DNA from: Eukaryota sp. GEM-RC1
Taxonomy: Eukaryota
Reading direction: 5' to 3'
Assembly (NCBI GenBank): GCA_040285855.1
Contig: JAUFOQ010000002.1
Coordinates: 1,426,001-1,490,000, forward strand
Length of the DNA: 64,000 bases
The position numbers and the translations under genes are program-made. Of this stretch, positions 11,828 through 23,578 are shown one piece after another; positions within the stretch are counted from its first letter, which is position 1; each line of letters starts with the position of its first letter. The notes beneath the pieces are model-generated. The model saw only the letters and a program-made list of their open reading frames with translations, searched no databases and was not told the origin of the DNA.

Positions 11828-12319
11828 ATGTCTGTGAAGGTCTTCTTCATTGTTGTTCTCTTCTTCGCCACTATAGCCTCTTCCGAATTGACTTTGGCTA
11901 TCCTTAAACCTAATCTTCTGTCAAACGGTGGAAGAAATGAAACTATGGACGTCATTCATGACAATGGTCTCAAGGTGATTCTATCAAAGAAGCATCACCT
12001 AAACCGTCAATCCGCGACAGCATTCTATCGAGAACACGTTGGTAAAGAATTTTTCAACGATTTAATTAATTTTATTACTGAGCAAGAAGTCGAGTTTTTA
12101 GTTCTAAGCGCTCCTAATGCTATTAAACGATGGCGTCATCTTCTAGGACCCACTAATCCTTCAGAAGCTAAATTGACTCACCCTAATTCCATTAGAGCAC
12201 GTTTTGGTGAATCAGTGACTCGTAATGCTGCGCACGGATCTGACTCCTTGTATTCAGCTTACAGAGAGATTAAGTTAGTGTTTCCTCAGTTGAGTGTTTG
12301 GCTGGAGTATTTCCTTTAA
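11828..12319 (+). CDS. ndk: Nucleoside diphosphate kinase with N-terminal signal peptide
   Basis: [25 protein letters not shown] and catalytic RNAAHGSDS motifs. Confidence 0.92.
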   Translation: MSVKVFFIVVLFFATIASSELTLAILKPNLLSNGGRNETMDVIHDNGLKVILSKKHHLNRQSATAFYREHVGKEFFNDLINFITEQEVEFLVLSAPNAIKRWRHLLGPTNPSEAKLTHPNSIRARFGESVTRNAAHGSDSLYSAYREIKLVFPQLSVWLEYFL

Positions 12320-12628
12320 TCAATGTGGTCAATTCTGACTTGAAGTGATCCTGGATTTCTGAGTTTTTACATTAAAATACCTAGATATCATCAAGAATCA
12401 CGTGACTGATGAACTTCATTCCAATTTAGTCATTTGGCATTAAAGGAATCAACACAACAGCACTTTGAATTCCTTCTCTTCTGTTTATGTGATTCGCTTT
12501 GTTGATGGGTTTGGAGTTGTGATATCATTGAACAAATTCTGGTTTTCCAAATACCATGGTAAAAAAACCCATTCAATTACTATTAATTTACTAATTAAAT
12601 TACTCAACTGAACTGTAAACTTTTTTGG

Positions 12629-13429
12629 TAGGGGTGGGCAAAAGTTAACCCACTAAAGTCAATCTAAACTGGACTAATGACGCACCAAAGTGAAACGGTA
12701 AATTCATTAGTTGCACTAACACTAAACTAACAAGCAATTTGTCGGGTGAAAACCAAATTCAGATTCCTTTAGTCGGGTGAAAACTAAACTGAATTGAATT
12801 TTGGTGCACTAAACCAAAGGTTAGTGTGAATTAACGTACGTTAAACTAAAATGGTATAATTTGTAATTACATGTATTTCTTCAAACAAAAACTTAATCAT
12901 CTGTTTTTCAAACAACTAATAAGATCACACTAAAACCAATAATCAATCATCTTCAACTACATTGTACAATATCGATCATCTCCTCGTCTCAATTTCTAAT
13001 GTCCAACCACAATTTCAAACACAATTGACTTCTAACCTTTGTGTCGGAAGGACAACTTCATACTAAGTTACCAGCACTGGCAAAACACGTGCACATGGTA
13101 CAGAGGTAGGTTGGATTCAATTTGAGGGGCTTTTTTGAGAGAAGAGCTCAGTGTCAGACTCAACCTCAATGAATTCATTGAACTAAAATGAAAATTTTAT
13201 AGATTATTAACTCATCATTACAATGTAAAAACAAATTAGTTTAATTTGAGTTAACCCACACTAAATGTCTTTAGTCGGGTGAAAACTAAATTTTTATTTC
13301 CTTAGTCGGGTGAACACTAAACTAAACTGTCATTAGTCGGGTGAAAACTGATCTCTGATTTCATTAGTCACACCAAAGTTAACTTTAGTACCGGGTTAAC
13401 CTACCAAATTGACTTTATGCCCACCACTA
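12629..13429. mobile_element. hAT deletion derivative
   Basis: TIR TAG(G/T)GGTGGGCA; 8-bp TSD (T/C)TTTTTGG; AGTCGGGTGAA repeats; minus-strand remnant IQPTSVPCARV..SAG of the hAT dimerisation domain near 13070-13115. Confidence 0.9.
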
Positions 13430-14084
13430 CTTTTTGGTTATCGAACACATTATAATTTTCCAACCGTTTGCGGTGTCGATATACGGTAATGTTGGACCAG
13501 CTGCACAAGGTTTTGAACTTGCTTTGGTACAGTGTGTTCTGATTGCGGTAAAGTTTTCAATGAAAATTTTTTCTTGAGTAGGTTAACGTTTGCACTGTTT
13601 CATACAATGCCCGTATGTTTTAATTCAATTTTAGGTTAGTTGGTAGGTGAAGAACATATGGTCATAGTTTAGAGACTTTAGTTAGTGTCTGTTAGTTATT
13701 ATTTCTTGCAAAATCATATATTTCGCTGATTGATCATAAATCCACGTTTTTGTATATTTTCCAATAAATAAATACAGTACTGTACATTGTAGCACAATGT
13801 ATTGTAAATTGTATTAATCTTACCGCAAAAATATATATTTTTGATAAACATAATCAAAAGACATATGCAGGGTCAAAAATTGTGTCAGCACTATTTCAAT
13901 TAAAGTGATTGGAGATAACCGTTGTCATTTTTCCTTATTTGCAGCAAAGTTGAGGTATTTTAATTCTTCTCCAAACCAGCTCTTTGGATTCAGACATAAA
14001 TGTCGAGGTCTGGGTATCTCCTTTGTAATAGATTGAATGTGCTCTTAATTTGGAACGGATCAAAGGTCATGGGATCATAAAGGA

Positions 14085-14570
14085 CTAGATAAAGTGTGTA
14101 GAGTTTTTGACCACTATATCAAGTTCTACTTTTACACTTCGCCCATGCTGATCCTGAGGGTTGTCTTGTTCGAATCTATAAAAATGGCATTCAGAAGCCG
14201 TTAAACGTAGGTGCTTAATCAATAAAGTTCTGCAGTTTCTCTCGTCTTCTATGTCCCACTTGTTTCCCAAGTTATCAATTATAGACTCCAATCGTGTCAT
14301 TTCAGTCTGACGTTCCTCTTTGTCTTGTTGACGTTCAATCTGACGTTCCTCTTTGTCTTGTTGGCGTTCAATTTGACGTTTAGTTCTGTCCTGTTGGCGT
14401 TCAATCTGATGTTCTTCCTTGTCTTGTTGATGCCGTGTACTGATTGTACCAATCAGCTTGTCAATTTCCAACATTATTTCTGCGTGTACACACTGTCTCA
14501 GCTTCTCCTGAAACTTTTGTTCATCAAGCTTGTCTACATCAATAGGATTGGGCATTTGAATGTTATACAA
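14085..14570 (-). CDS. Coiled-coil repeat protein with a truncated PD-(D/E)XK-like segment (DUF3782-like)
   Basis: 11-aa repeats QQDKEERQIER followed by LGNKW and GRSVKVELDIVVKN; stops before an E-x-K motif. Confidence 0.45.
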   Translation of the reverse strand: MYNIQMPNPIDVDKLDEQKFQEKLRQCVHAEIMLEIDKLIGTISTRHQQDKEEHQIERQQDRTKRQIERQQDKEERQIERQQDKEERQTEMTRLESIIDNLGNKWDIEDERNCRTLLIKHLRLTASECHFYRFEQDNPQDQHGRSVKVELDIVVKNSTHFI

Positions 14571-14640
14571 AATTATCTGGATATCTGTTTCTATCGGAAT
14601 TTAAACCATTGTGAATCACAAACATTTTCTTATGGTGGAC

Positions 14641-15811
14641 CAAATCTGCTTTCATTGGTGGTGGTAAGAATTTTGTCTTTGAATTCTCTAGACGTTACCC
14701 ACGATAAGAAAATCTTCATGTTTCAGCAAGTAATCTTTTCTTGGAAAATTTGAGATCAGAATTGTCGTCAATTTCACCTGTCCTCTGGCAAACTTGTTTC
14801 CCAGCTGATATTTGTGAAATACCAGAACGATGTGTCACTTCTTTAAAATTTGCTCTTAAGAAACTCCAAAAACACCTTTTAAAACATTTTGAATGTCTGG
14901 ACTTTAAAATTCGACTTGGCTCGGTCAAAGAAAAAAAATCCAGTGTTCGCAAAGGTTTTAAACGATTTGAAGGACAGTTCTTCAATTGCTTTGATCAACC
15001 AAATTTCACAGATTTATGGTTTGTTGTTGAATGATCATCAATGGACTGCGTTTAGACTTCGATTCTTCTTGTGGCCCTCTAATAGATCTAATGATCTTCA
15101 ATGTAAATGTGGTAAATTAGTTGTTATTTCTCACCTTTTGAGTTGCAATCGCTTCATTACTTACAGAACTTGCATTCATGATGCTGTCAGAGATTAAATT
15201 CATACCATGAGTAAGTTCTACAAAATCGAAACTTTCGTTGAGCCACTGTTGAGATCACTTGAAATCAATAATTAAAAAAATAGTGATTCTGATAAGACTT
15301 TTGGTAAAAGAAGAGCCGATGTTATAGTTCCATCAGTCAATGATGAACTAACCGTTGTTGATGTGATTACTGTGGATGTTTGCAAAAATAGTACATTCAA
15401 GGATGCTAAAAATGAAGTTTCTCCACTGAATTCTCCAGAACAATACAAGAGAAACAAATATGATGAACCATTGACTGCTCTCAAACATATAAGACATGTT
15501 GAGTACAAATTATGTCCTTTTGCAATTTCAATTTATGGTCGACTTGGTAGAGATGCTCTTGGGTGTTTTCTGTCTGATTTTGAGAAAGTGGTCAAAAAAG
15601 AATGAACAAGACATTTGATTTCGGGTTTGGGTTGAATCGTGTTGTTTTGATATTGAAAACATATCCTATCATAATTTCAAAAGCTCTATTAGCTCTCAGT
15701 ATTTTTTATGAAGAAAAAGCTGATGTGAGTTTTAATGGCAATGAATGTTCCTTTAATGATATTGAGTTCTAGTATTTGTGTTTATCTTTGCGTTTTTGTT
15801 CATGAATTTTT
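14641..15811 (+). mobile_element. 5'-truncated, decayed CRE-like RLE retroposon
   Basis: CKCG..HLLSC zinc knuckle; HDAVRD; EPLL; RRADVIVP..VVDVITVD; PFAISIYG; several stops and frameshifts. Confidence 0.85.
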
Positions 15812-15863
15812 GATAACGTTAGCGGTGCCGGTAAATGTATGTCTCTGATACCTTTGGTATGAA

Positions 15864-15941
15864 TCGGTCATAGTATAACGTTAGTGGTGAGTATCCCCGC
15901 CTGTCACGCGGGAGGCCGGGGTTCGATTCCCCGTGATCGAG
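15864..15941 (+). tRNA. tRNA-Asp(GTC) with a 6-nt insertion in the D-loop
   Basis: Acceptor stem TCGGTCA/TGATCGA; anticodon arm CCCGC-CTGTCAC-GCGGG; T arm CGGGG-TTCGATT-CCCCG; downstream T-run; 78 nt long. Confidence 0.9.
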
Positions 15942-16482
15942 AATTGTTTTTTACATCATTAACGAAGACGAAAAACTTACCCCAAATCGGTATTAAAAGC
16001 AGTAGATTTTTATCCATAGCATCAGTATTCAGAACTCAATAATTTGTCTACTTACCAAAGTACAGACTCACTACAGGTATTGACCTTCAAGCATTTACGT
16101 TAATTATATATATCAGTAATACTGAATAGAAATTTTGGTTGATCTACTAACATCTGGGTAAACTCACTTTGCAAGATAGTTAAAGGACTTATATTACTAT
16201 GTACTAGTACGTTGTAGTAAGTGAGAACCCAATTAACAAAGGTCATTTAAACAAGCTGCTCGTTTAAAGGATCAAAGTACTAATAGTTACGTTTAAAGGA
16301 CGTTATTGTATCTTCGTTTTATAGGTGTAGATTTTATCTTTAGATTTTTGAATGTTGAACTAGAAGTCCAATTGTGTCGGTCTAAATATAAACATGAATA
16401 AACTACTATTGATCGACATTGACTAATGAGGATAAATCGTGCTGTATTAAGATGAATTAACTAGGAATAAAAAGACTATGAA

Positions 16483-16880
16483 TCAAGATTCTAGAAAGGA
16501 TGATGCAATCAGATATTTCAACTGTTGTACTGACAATTGACTGTACCCATTCAAATTGAGAAGAATTTTGTCAGTGTAACGTTGTTTTTGAGACTTAGGC
16601 AACGTATGAAACACATCATAAAAATGATCTTGAAAATACCAAAGTTTCCCTCTTTGAACAGCATTAAACAAGCCACTGTCTGCTTTCTGAGAACTGTGGT
16701 ACTCTGTGGACGAACAGCTCTGTTGGTTGAACAGTCCTCTGTGTGGCAATCATAGCTTTTGATTTTCAAGTCGACAAATGCAGACTCATCCAATGTACTT
16801 GACACATCACTAAGCATGTCCTCTAAATCAAAAGTGTTTGAAACTGTATACTCATGCAAAGGTTGATTTGAAGAAGACAT
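16483..16880 (-). CDS. Hypothetical protein (one frameshift)
   Basis: Overlapping ORFs 16551-16973 and 16483-16749 can be joined near 16655; no motif recognised. Confidence 0.3.
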
Positions 16881-17091
16881 TGTTTTTGTTCCAAAAATGC
16901 ATATTAAAAATGCATAATTAATGCATATTAAAATGCATCTAATGCCAATGTTTGTGATCACCGATAAAAACACAGCTATTAGATATTATTTTATGATGAT
17001 GCTGCGTCTAACATGTCTATTGATCAATTAAAGCAGTTATGTCGAATTGATGTTATCGATTGGATTGAAATCTCAATACTTCTGATCAACA

Positions 17092-20000
17092 ATGCCTCCA
17101 GATCTGTTTTTGGAGCAAATAGCCCTCGCTGATGATGTTGGGGCTTTATTGAATCAGTACGTACCTTCCTCCTATGAGTACATCTTCATCAAACTGCTAC
17201 TGCTCTCTCAATCAGATGTTGTAACAAAGGAAGAGTCGTCATTCATAGATACTTTAAACTCGAAGTTCCCCGGTCATCAGTGTGACGCTTTTCAACTGAA
17301 ACACGACATCCGTCTCCTGTTTCAAACAGAAGACATGAACATCAGAACACGTCTCATCAACAACATAGCGAGAACTCTAAATGTTGAATCTGTTCTGAGC
17401 ACAGCCCACAACGAATCAGACGAATCATACACTTCTCATCTTGATAATGATAAGCTTCAACCACAAACACTGGTCGACTCGCTCATAAGATCTGGATCCT
17501 TCTCATCTCTGTCTTCCGATTCCTTCTCTCTCATTAACCCAGACTCACTCACTGATCTCTCTCTCAATGCCACCCTTCAACTTCTCACAGCCGTTCCTTG
17601 TTTCATTGTTCACCACCACCTTCTACCTACTCTTGTTTCCTATCTCAAAAAAGCAGGAGCTAGTGCATACGACAAACTCAATCTCAGTACGAAACTATCT
17701 CAAGACCAATTACTACATCTACTCTCATCTGTCCCTTCTTGCTGTTCTCTTTCTTTTATACGTGATCTCACATATACTTTCCTTCCCCACGATCTCTTCA
17801 ATGTCTCCCTTGATGACGTGTCAGCTTACTATACCAATGCATTTAATGTGATTAAACAAATCAAAGTTAAAGATCTCTCCTCTTTTATCTACTACTTCTC
17901 CCTTCACAAACTCTCTTTTGATATTCAATTGGGTTTTATTGATTTCGAAGATCTTTCCTTCTTTTTAACACTTGAGAAATCTAAAGCTATTCTAGACGTC
18001 ATACCTCCTGAGCTTGTGCCTGAACATGTGTTTTCTCACGATGATTTGGTTTTTTGGGGACTGGTTGAATATTTTAAAAGTCATTCTGATGGAGATTTTT
18101 CAAAATTTCAGCAGTTTTTACCCGTTTCCTTGTTACAAGAAGCATTGTTAATGTCGCAACTAATTATCAAATCAGATACTGTTCAATCAACTATCGACTT
18201 AATCAATGATGATCAAGTTGTTGAGCGAGTTTATAATAGGAAAGTCTCCAATATTTTAAATCTTAACCAATTCAAATCCTTCTCCGATGCTCCGGTTTCT
18301 ATCTGTGTCTCTTTAAAAAATGTTGAAAATGCGAGTCTTAAGATTTTTGAAATTGATAGCAAACGCTTTTACCGCCAAAATACTCAATTGTTGAGTCATC
18401 AGATTAATTTGGATGGATTCGAACCCAATCACGTTATTGATTTGCCTTCAGTATCCCCTTCCGAATTTCTTTCAAAAGTGATTGACCTCCCCAATTCGAC
18501 AAAACGTGGCAGTTGGGTAGTTGATCTCATTTGTGACGATCACTGCACACGTTCCGTGATTTCTAAGGGTTATATATCAGTTTTTGAAGAAGAAACCGTG
18601 GCAGGACATCATTTTCATTTATTTGATGAATCAGGGGAGAAAATTTTAAATTTTGATGGATATTTGTTTGTTGGAGCTGCAGATGGAACTGAAATCAGTA
18701 CAACTGATGGTGAAATAGTTGTCCCCCACCTTCCTAACGATAAACGATCAAAAAGGGAAAGAATTGTCTTTTCAATCAAAAATGATGGATTCACTGTCCC
18801 TCACACCTTTACTCGAAACTGTGAGTCATATTCTCTTCGATTATCACCTTTGATTGTCCCCGAACAATTCAAAAGTGGTAAGTCCATGAACCTTCCAATC
18901 AAGTTGATTTTGTCCGGTCAGCAGATTGATTTTCCTACTGATATATTGAGAAAGTCTGTTTTCACTGTTACAATTCTTCAAACAGAGAATCGTTCAATGG
19001 TGAAATATTACGACAATATTGAAATTTCCAGTAACAACACAGTACTTCTCCCCATCGATCTACCACACTCTGTTACTTCAATCACTATTTCACTCACGAC
19101 TAAAATCAGCTCAAAAATCAGATCTGGCTTTGTTTTTGACCTTTCTGACTCTCACGTGATTGATTTCCCCCAAACTCAGTACCTTTCACAACCTTTCCTT
19201 TCCTTTAATTCCTCTTCTCCTGAATACTCTGTTATTTTACTGGGAAGGAACGGCGAGAGGTTTCCATCTACAACATTAGATTTGGAAGTAAATTGTGTAG
19301 TTACGAACAAGTCTTTGAACTTCCGGTTAATAACTGATCACGAGGGACTTGCCTGTTTGGGTCCTTTGATTGGAGTTAGTGATATCAAGCTTTCCTCTCC
19401 AACTAATGATTTTGGCTCAAAATCATTCAATTTATCCAATCAAAATCAATCCTTACTAACTAATCAGACATTTTCTATACCAACTGGATACTCTCACACG
19501 ATCCCTCTTGAACATTCGGACTTTGTCCTCGTTCATTCAGCTTTCCATTTCAAATCACGATCCAATCTATCAAATTTGATTGAACAATCGGACCGAAAAG
19601 TAACAATGAAAGAGCTTCCAGCTGGTGTCTATCAACTCCACTGTTTAGGCAAGGGTTTGATTCAGGACAAAGTGATCTCTTTCGTTATTTCTGGCAAACT
19701 CGACACCACTCACTCATTTTTGATCGATCCCTCCCGCATCATTGATTACCTTCCTTTTGGTCCATTAATAGAGTCTTCTTCTTTCGATCCAGAATCTCAT
19801 TGCTTGTCTGTTGAGCTTTCTGAACCCAGCGAATCCTTTTCTCATAGCCTTTTCCAAACAACTTTCTGTCATTCCCTTGACCTGGGGTTCTTCTGGTCTC
19901 GTAATAGCCCTCTAATTTCCTCTACTCCTTGTTTGTCACCTTCGCTGGCTCCATTGGACAAGCCACTGTCTTTGGAATCACGTTATGTGGCTCACAGGCA

Positions 20001-23000
20001 ATCACAACCCCACTCAACAGGAACTCTAGCTGATTTTCCTTCCCTTTTAGTGTTTGATAGAGATCAAGTTGATTTGGTACCACAGCCGCTTAATCAAAGA
20101 CGATCTGATCGTCATCATGCACGTGATTTGATTGAACCAAGATCTGTATCTCACTTCATTGCTACAAACATGCCCGCTCCTTCTTTTTTTACTATTTCTA
20201 TTGACAATGTACCAAGAACAAGCAGTGTTGAGGTTTGTGATTTCCTGGAAAGTGATGTCGTTATGATGAGTGACATTCAGTCTGCTGGTGACGTGATTGA
20301 GTTAGATTTGGAAGGAAACAAAACTGTTTGTGTTGTAATTGTTTTTAATGGTGTCTTGAATGTTATTACAATTGGTGAAGGACCCTCCACTATGCCAACA
20401 GTTGATTTAAGAATTTCTGATTCTGTCGTGATCCCTAATCAATCATCCCAATCACTACAACAAGGGGGGTCAGTATCTACCAAAATCAGACTCAGTTAAA
20501 ATCGAAGGTAAACAATATGCCACGTTTTCTTCCATTTCTGACCTCTTTGAGCTCCTTTCAGTTCTTTCTAAGAAGGATCTTTCTGAATTCCAGTGGTTGT
20601 GTAAGTGGGAAAGTTTAGGGATGGAGGAGAAATGCGAATTATATGAAAAATATAATTGTAATGAAATTAATCTATTTTTGAAAAATCATGATCACGACTT
20701 CTTTTCAGCAGTAATCTTTCCTTTATTACAAGATCGCTTTGAAAAATCTTTTATTGACGATTTCCTTTTAGACAACGACTTATCTCCTTATTGCAAGTTT
20801 CCGCATGAGTATTGTGATTTAAATCTTTTTGAGCGAGTCCTCTTAATTTCTTGGCTTAAAAAACAAGATCAAAATGACCTCACCCAATCACTTTTTGACA
20901 AGATTTCTGATGATGCGAAGTCTTTTACTGATTCTGCCTCTTACTCCACTTGGATAAAGCTAGCACTATCATGTCGTTCGTCATCTGACCTTCTTTCTCC
21001 ACCTTCTCCTTCCTCTTCTGAGGATGAGTCTGAGGAAGTTCCTTCAATTCTTCTTGAAGATGATGGTGAGATCCAGGAAGCTGAGCTCGATGCCATGCCT
21101 GCCTCTTTTTCCTTTGGGGCCTTCCCGTGTGCTCCACCTCCACCTCCTGAAGTCTTCTTTGGTGCTCCACCTCAACAATTTAGCGCTCCTCCTCCACCTC
21201 CTGGAGCCTGCGCTCCTTGTCCTTCAGAACTGTTGGTGAACCAAAGTGCTAAGCTCACTTTTCTTGATGAATGTATGGCTTCCGTAGAAGATACAGCAAG
21301 ATTAGGGGGTTCAGCAACTAAATCCAAATCAATGTTCAAATCCAAGAAAAAGAGCATGCCCTCCATGCCTGTGAGTAGGTCTGGGTCTCGCAGGACACCC
21401 AAACCAATACCAAAAGTTGAAATGTACGTTGAACCTGAAGATACCGCGGAGTTCGTGGAACAAAGGTATTGGGATTTAGATTCTACGCCATTTTTTAATT
21501 CTCAATGTAAGTTTTGGAGTGCCTTGGCTGAACACTTTTTGACCATGTCTACTTCTCCTTTTGTTTCTGAGTCAATTCTTTTCCTTTCACTTTCTCCATC
21601 AATTAACAGTTTATTATTGGCACTGGCATTCACCGACCTTCCTATTACGGCCAATCAATCAGCTCAATTGGTAAAGGAAAGTGATGGAATCCATTTACGA
21701 GCGAATAAGGATCTGATTGTCTTTACTTCTGGAGTTGTTGACTCTCATTCATTGGATTCGGAGGCTTTGATCGTAACCATGAACTTTACTGACCCTCATG
21801 ATGTGATCTCTACTAGTGAAGGTGACGTCTGCCAATCAATCAGTCGATCATTTGACAGTCGAAAACTCTATTGTTGTGAAGTTGCAACCTTTTCCATGAT
21901 TGATACAGATCAATCAGTTGACATCATATTCCAATTTCCAGCAGGTAGCATTCCATTCCAATCAGAAACTTCGATTGTAACCCGGTCAGTTAGACTTTCC
22001 AGATTTGGTCATTATCTGGAGCAGTTCTACTTCTATTTCCCCGTTGCTGGTACTTTCCCCTTTTCTCCTGTCAGAGTTTCTTCAAAGAAAGGTCAACTGA
22101 TTTCTTCTGAAAGTCCATTGACTTCAGGAGAATTCAACATTGTTGTTGTTGATCAGTATGTTTGTTCTTCTTGGAAGGATGTCGTGAAATCAGGATCAAT
22201 CAGTGAGGTGATTGATTATTTGAACGACAATGTTACTAGGTTGTCTGCTGATGATATCAATTTGCTACAAAGCCGGTGTTCGTCAAGCTCAGAATTTGAA
22301 ATAATCTCGGAATTTTTGCTAAATCATGGTCTTTTCAATCCTAACATTGCAAAATATTCTCTACTTCATTCTATTCCTACCACCTCTTCAGTTCTTTCCC
22401 ACTTTTTATCATCAGATACCAAAGTGATTGAGTTATTGAAACCCTGTTTTGAATTTAAAGACATTAAGATTCTTGATACTGCTTCGTTTATCCACATTGA
22501 GTATCTGAACTTTATGAGAAAACGATTTTTCAATTATCCTAAAGATTTGGTTGATGTACCCTCTTTTATAAGTGATCAATATTCTAAATTTTTAAATTAT
22601 TTCATTCGAGCCAATAGGAAACCATCTGATTATGTTGTTTTTTCATTTTACCTTTTAATTGTTGGTAAACTTCAGGATGCTCAAGCTATTTTCGAGAAAT
22701 CACAAACTCTTTCCACTCAGATCTCTGATCCTTTGTTTGATTCGATGATTGACCAACGGAACTATTTAAAGTTGTACCTTTTACTAATTAAAGGAGCAGA
22801 TACAAATGAGATTAACTCATTAGTTTCTGAAGGAAAGTTATCACATCATCCTAAGTTTAGAAGATTGTTTGAAAAAGTTGAACAAGATTTAACTTTTGTC
22901 CTTAATGATCAAGAACAATTGACTCAAGAAATCGCTCAAAATACTCATATTACTTGTAAATTTGACAAATCAGCTAAGAAATTGAAAGTCTCAACCACTA

Positions 23001-23530
23001 ATTTATCCAAGGTCATTATTAAATTCACTCGCTTTGATCCTGAAGTTTTCTTTTCTGTTAATCCTTTCATGGAAGTCGAAAATTCAGATAATTTTAAATT
23101 TCTGAAATCTCATCATACTATTATGTTTAACACCACCGACCCTCAACTTGATTTGATTGATGGACACTTCCATTTCGACGTGCCTAAAGATGATCATTTT
23201 CTAGTAAGATGTACCGGAAGTAATGATTCCCAGGCACTTAACACCTTTGCTACCATTTTCCTGAGCAATTTCAGTATCAAAATCAATCAAAAAGCTGGTC
23301 TTTTGACTGTGATTGGAAATGATGTGGTTTCGGCGTATGTAAAAGTCTTTTCAAAATACAAGAATAATGAAGTAAAGTTCTTTAAAGACGGATATACTGA
23401 TAGATCCAATCAATTCGATTATTGTTCCGTCTCAACTGGTCAATTAGAAAAAACTGTAAAGTTTGCTATTCTAGTAATTGTTCCCGATATGGGAGCTGTT
23501 ATTGAATTCGTTGATCCTCCTAGAAGGTAA
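17092..23530 (+). CDS. Giant (~2140 aa) AbpF-like protein with a C-terminal KDGYTD..FDY motif
   Basis: ORFs 17092-20499 and 20597-23530 join by +1 at the G6 run 20464-20469. INLDG, FYFYFPVAGTF, HIEY and YVKVF..VKFFKDGYTDRSNQFDY match the family of Dictyostelium AbpF and planctomycete homologs as I recall it. Confidence 0.7.
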
Positions 23531-23578
23531 ATAAGAAAAGGTATTAAATCTGTAAATAAATTGTTATAAAACGCGTAA

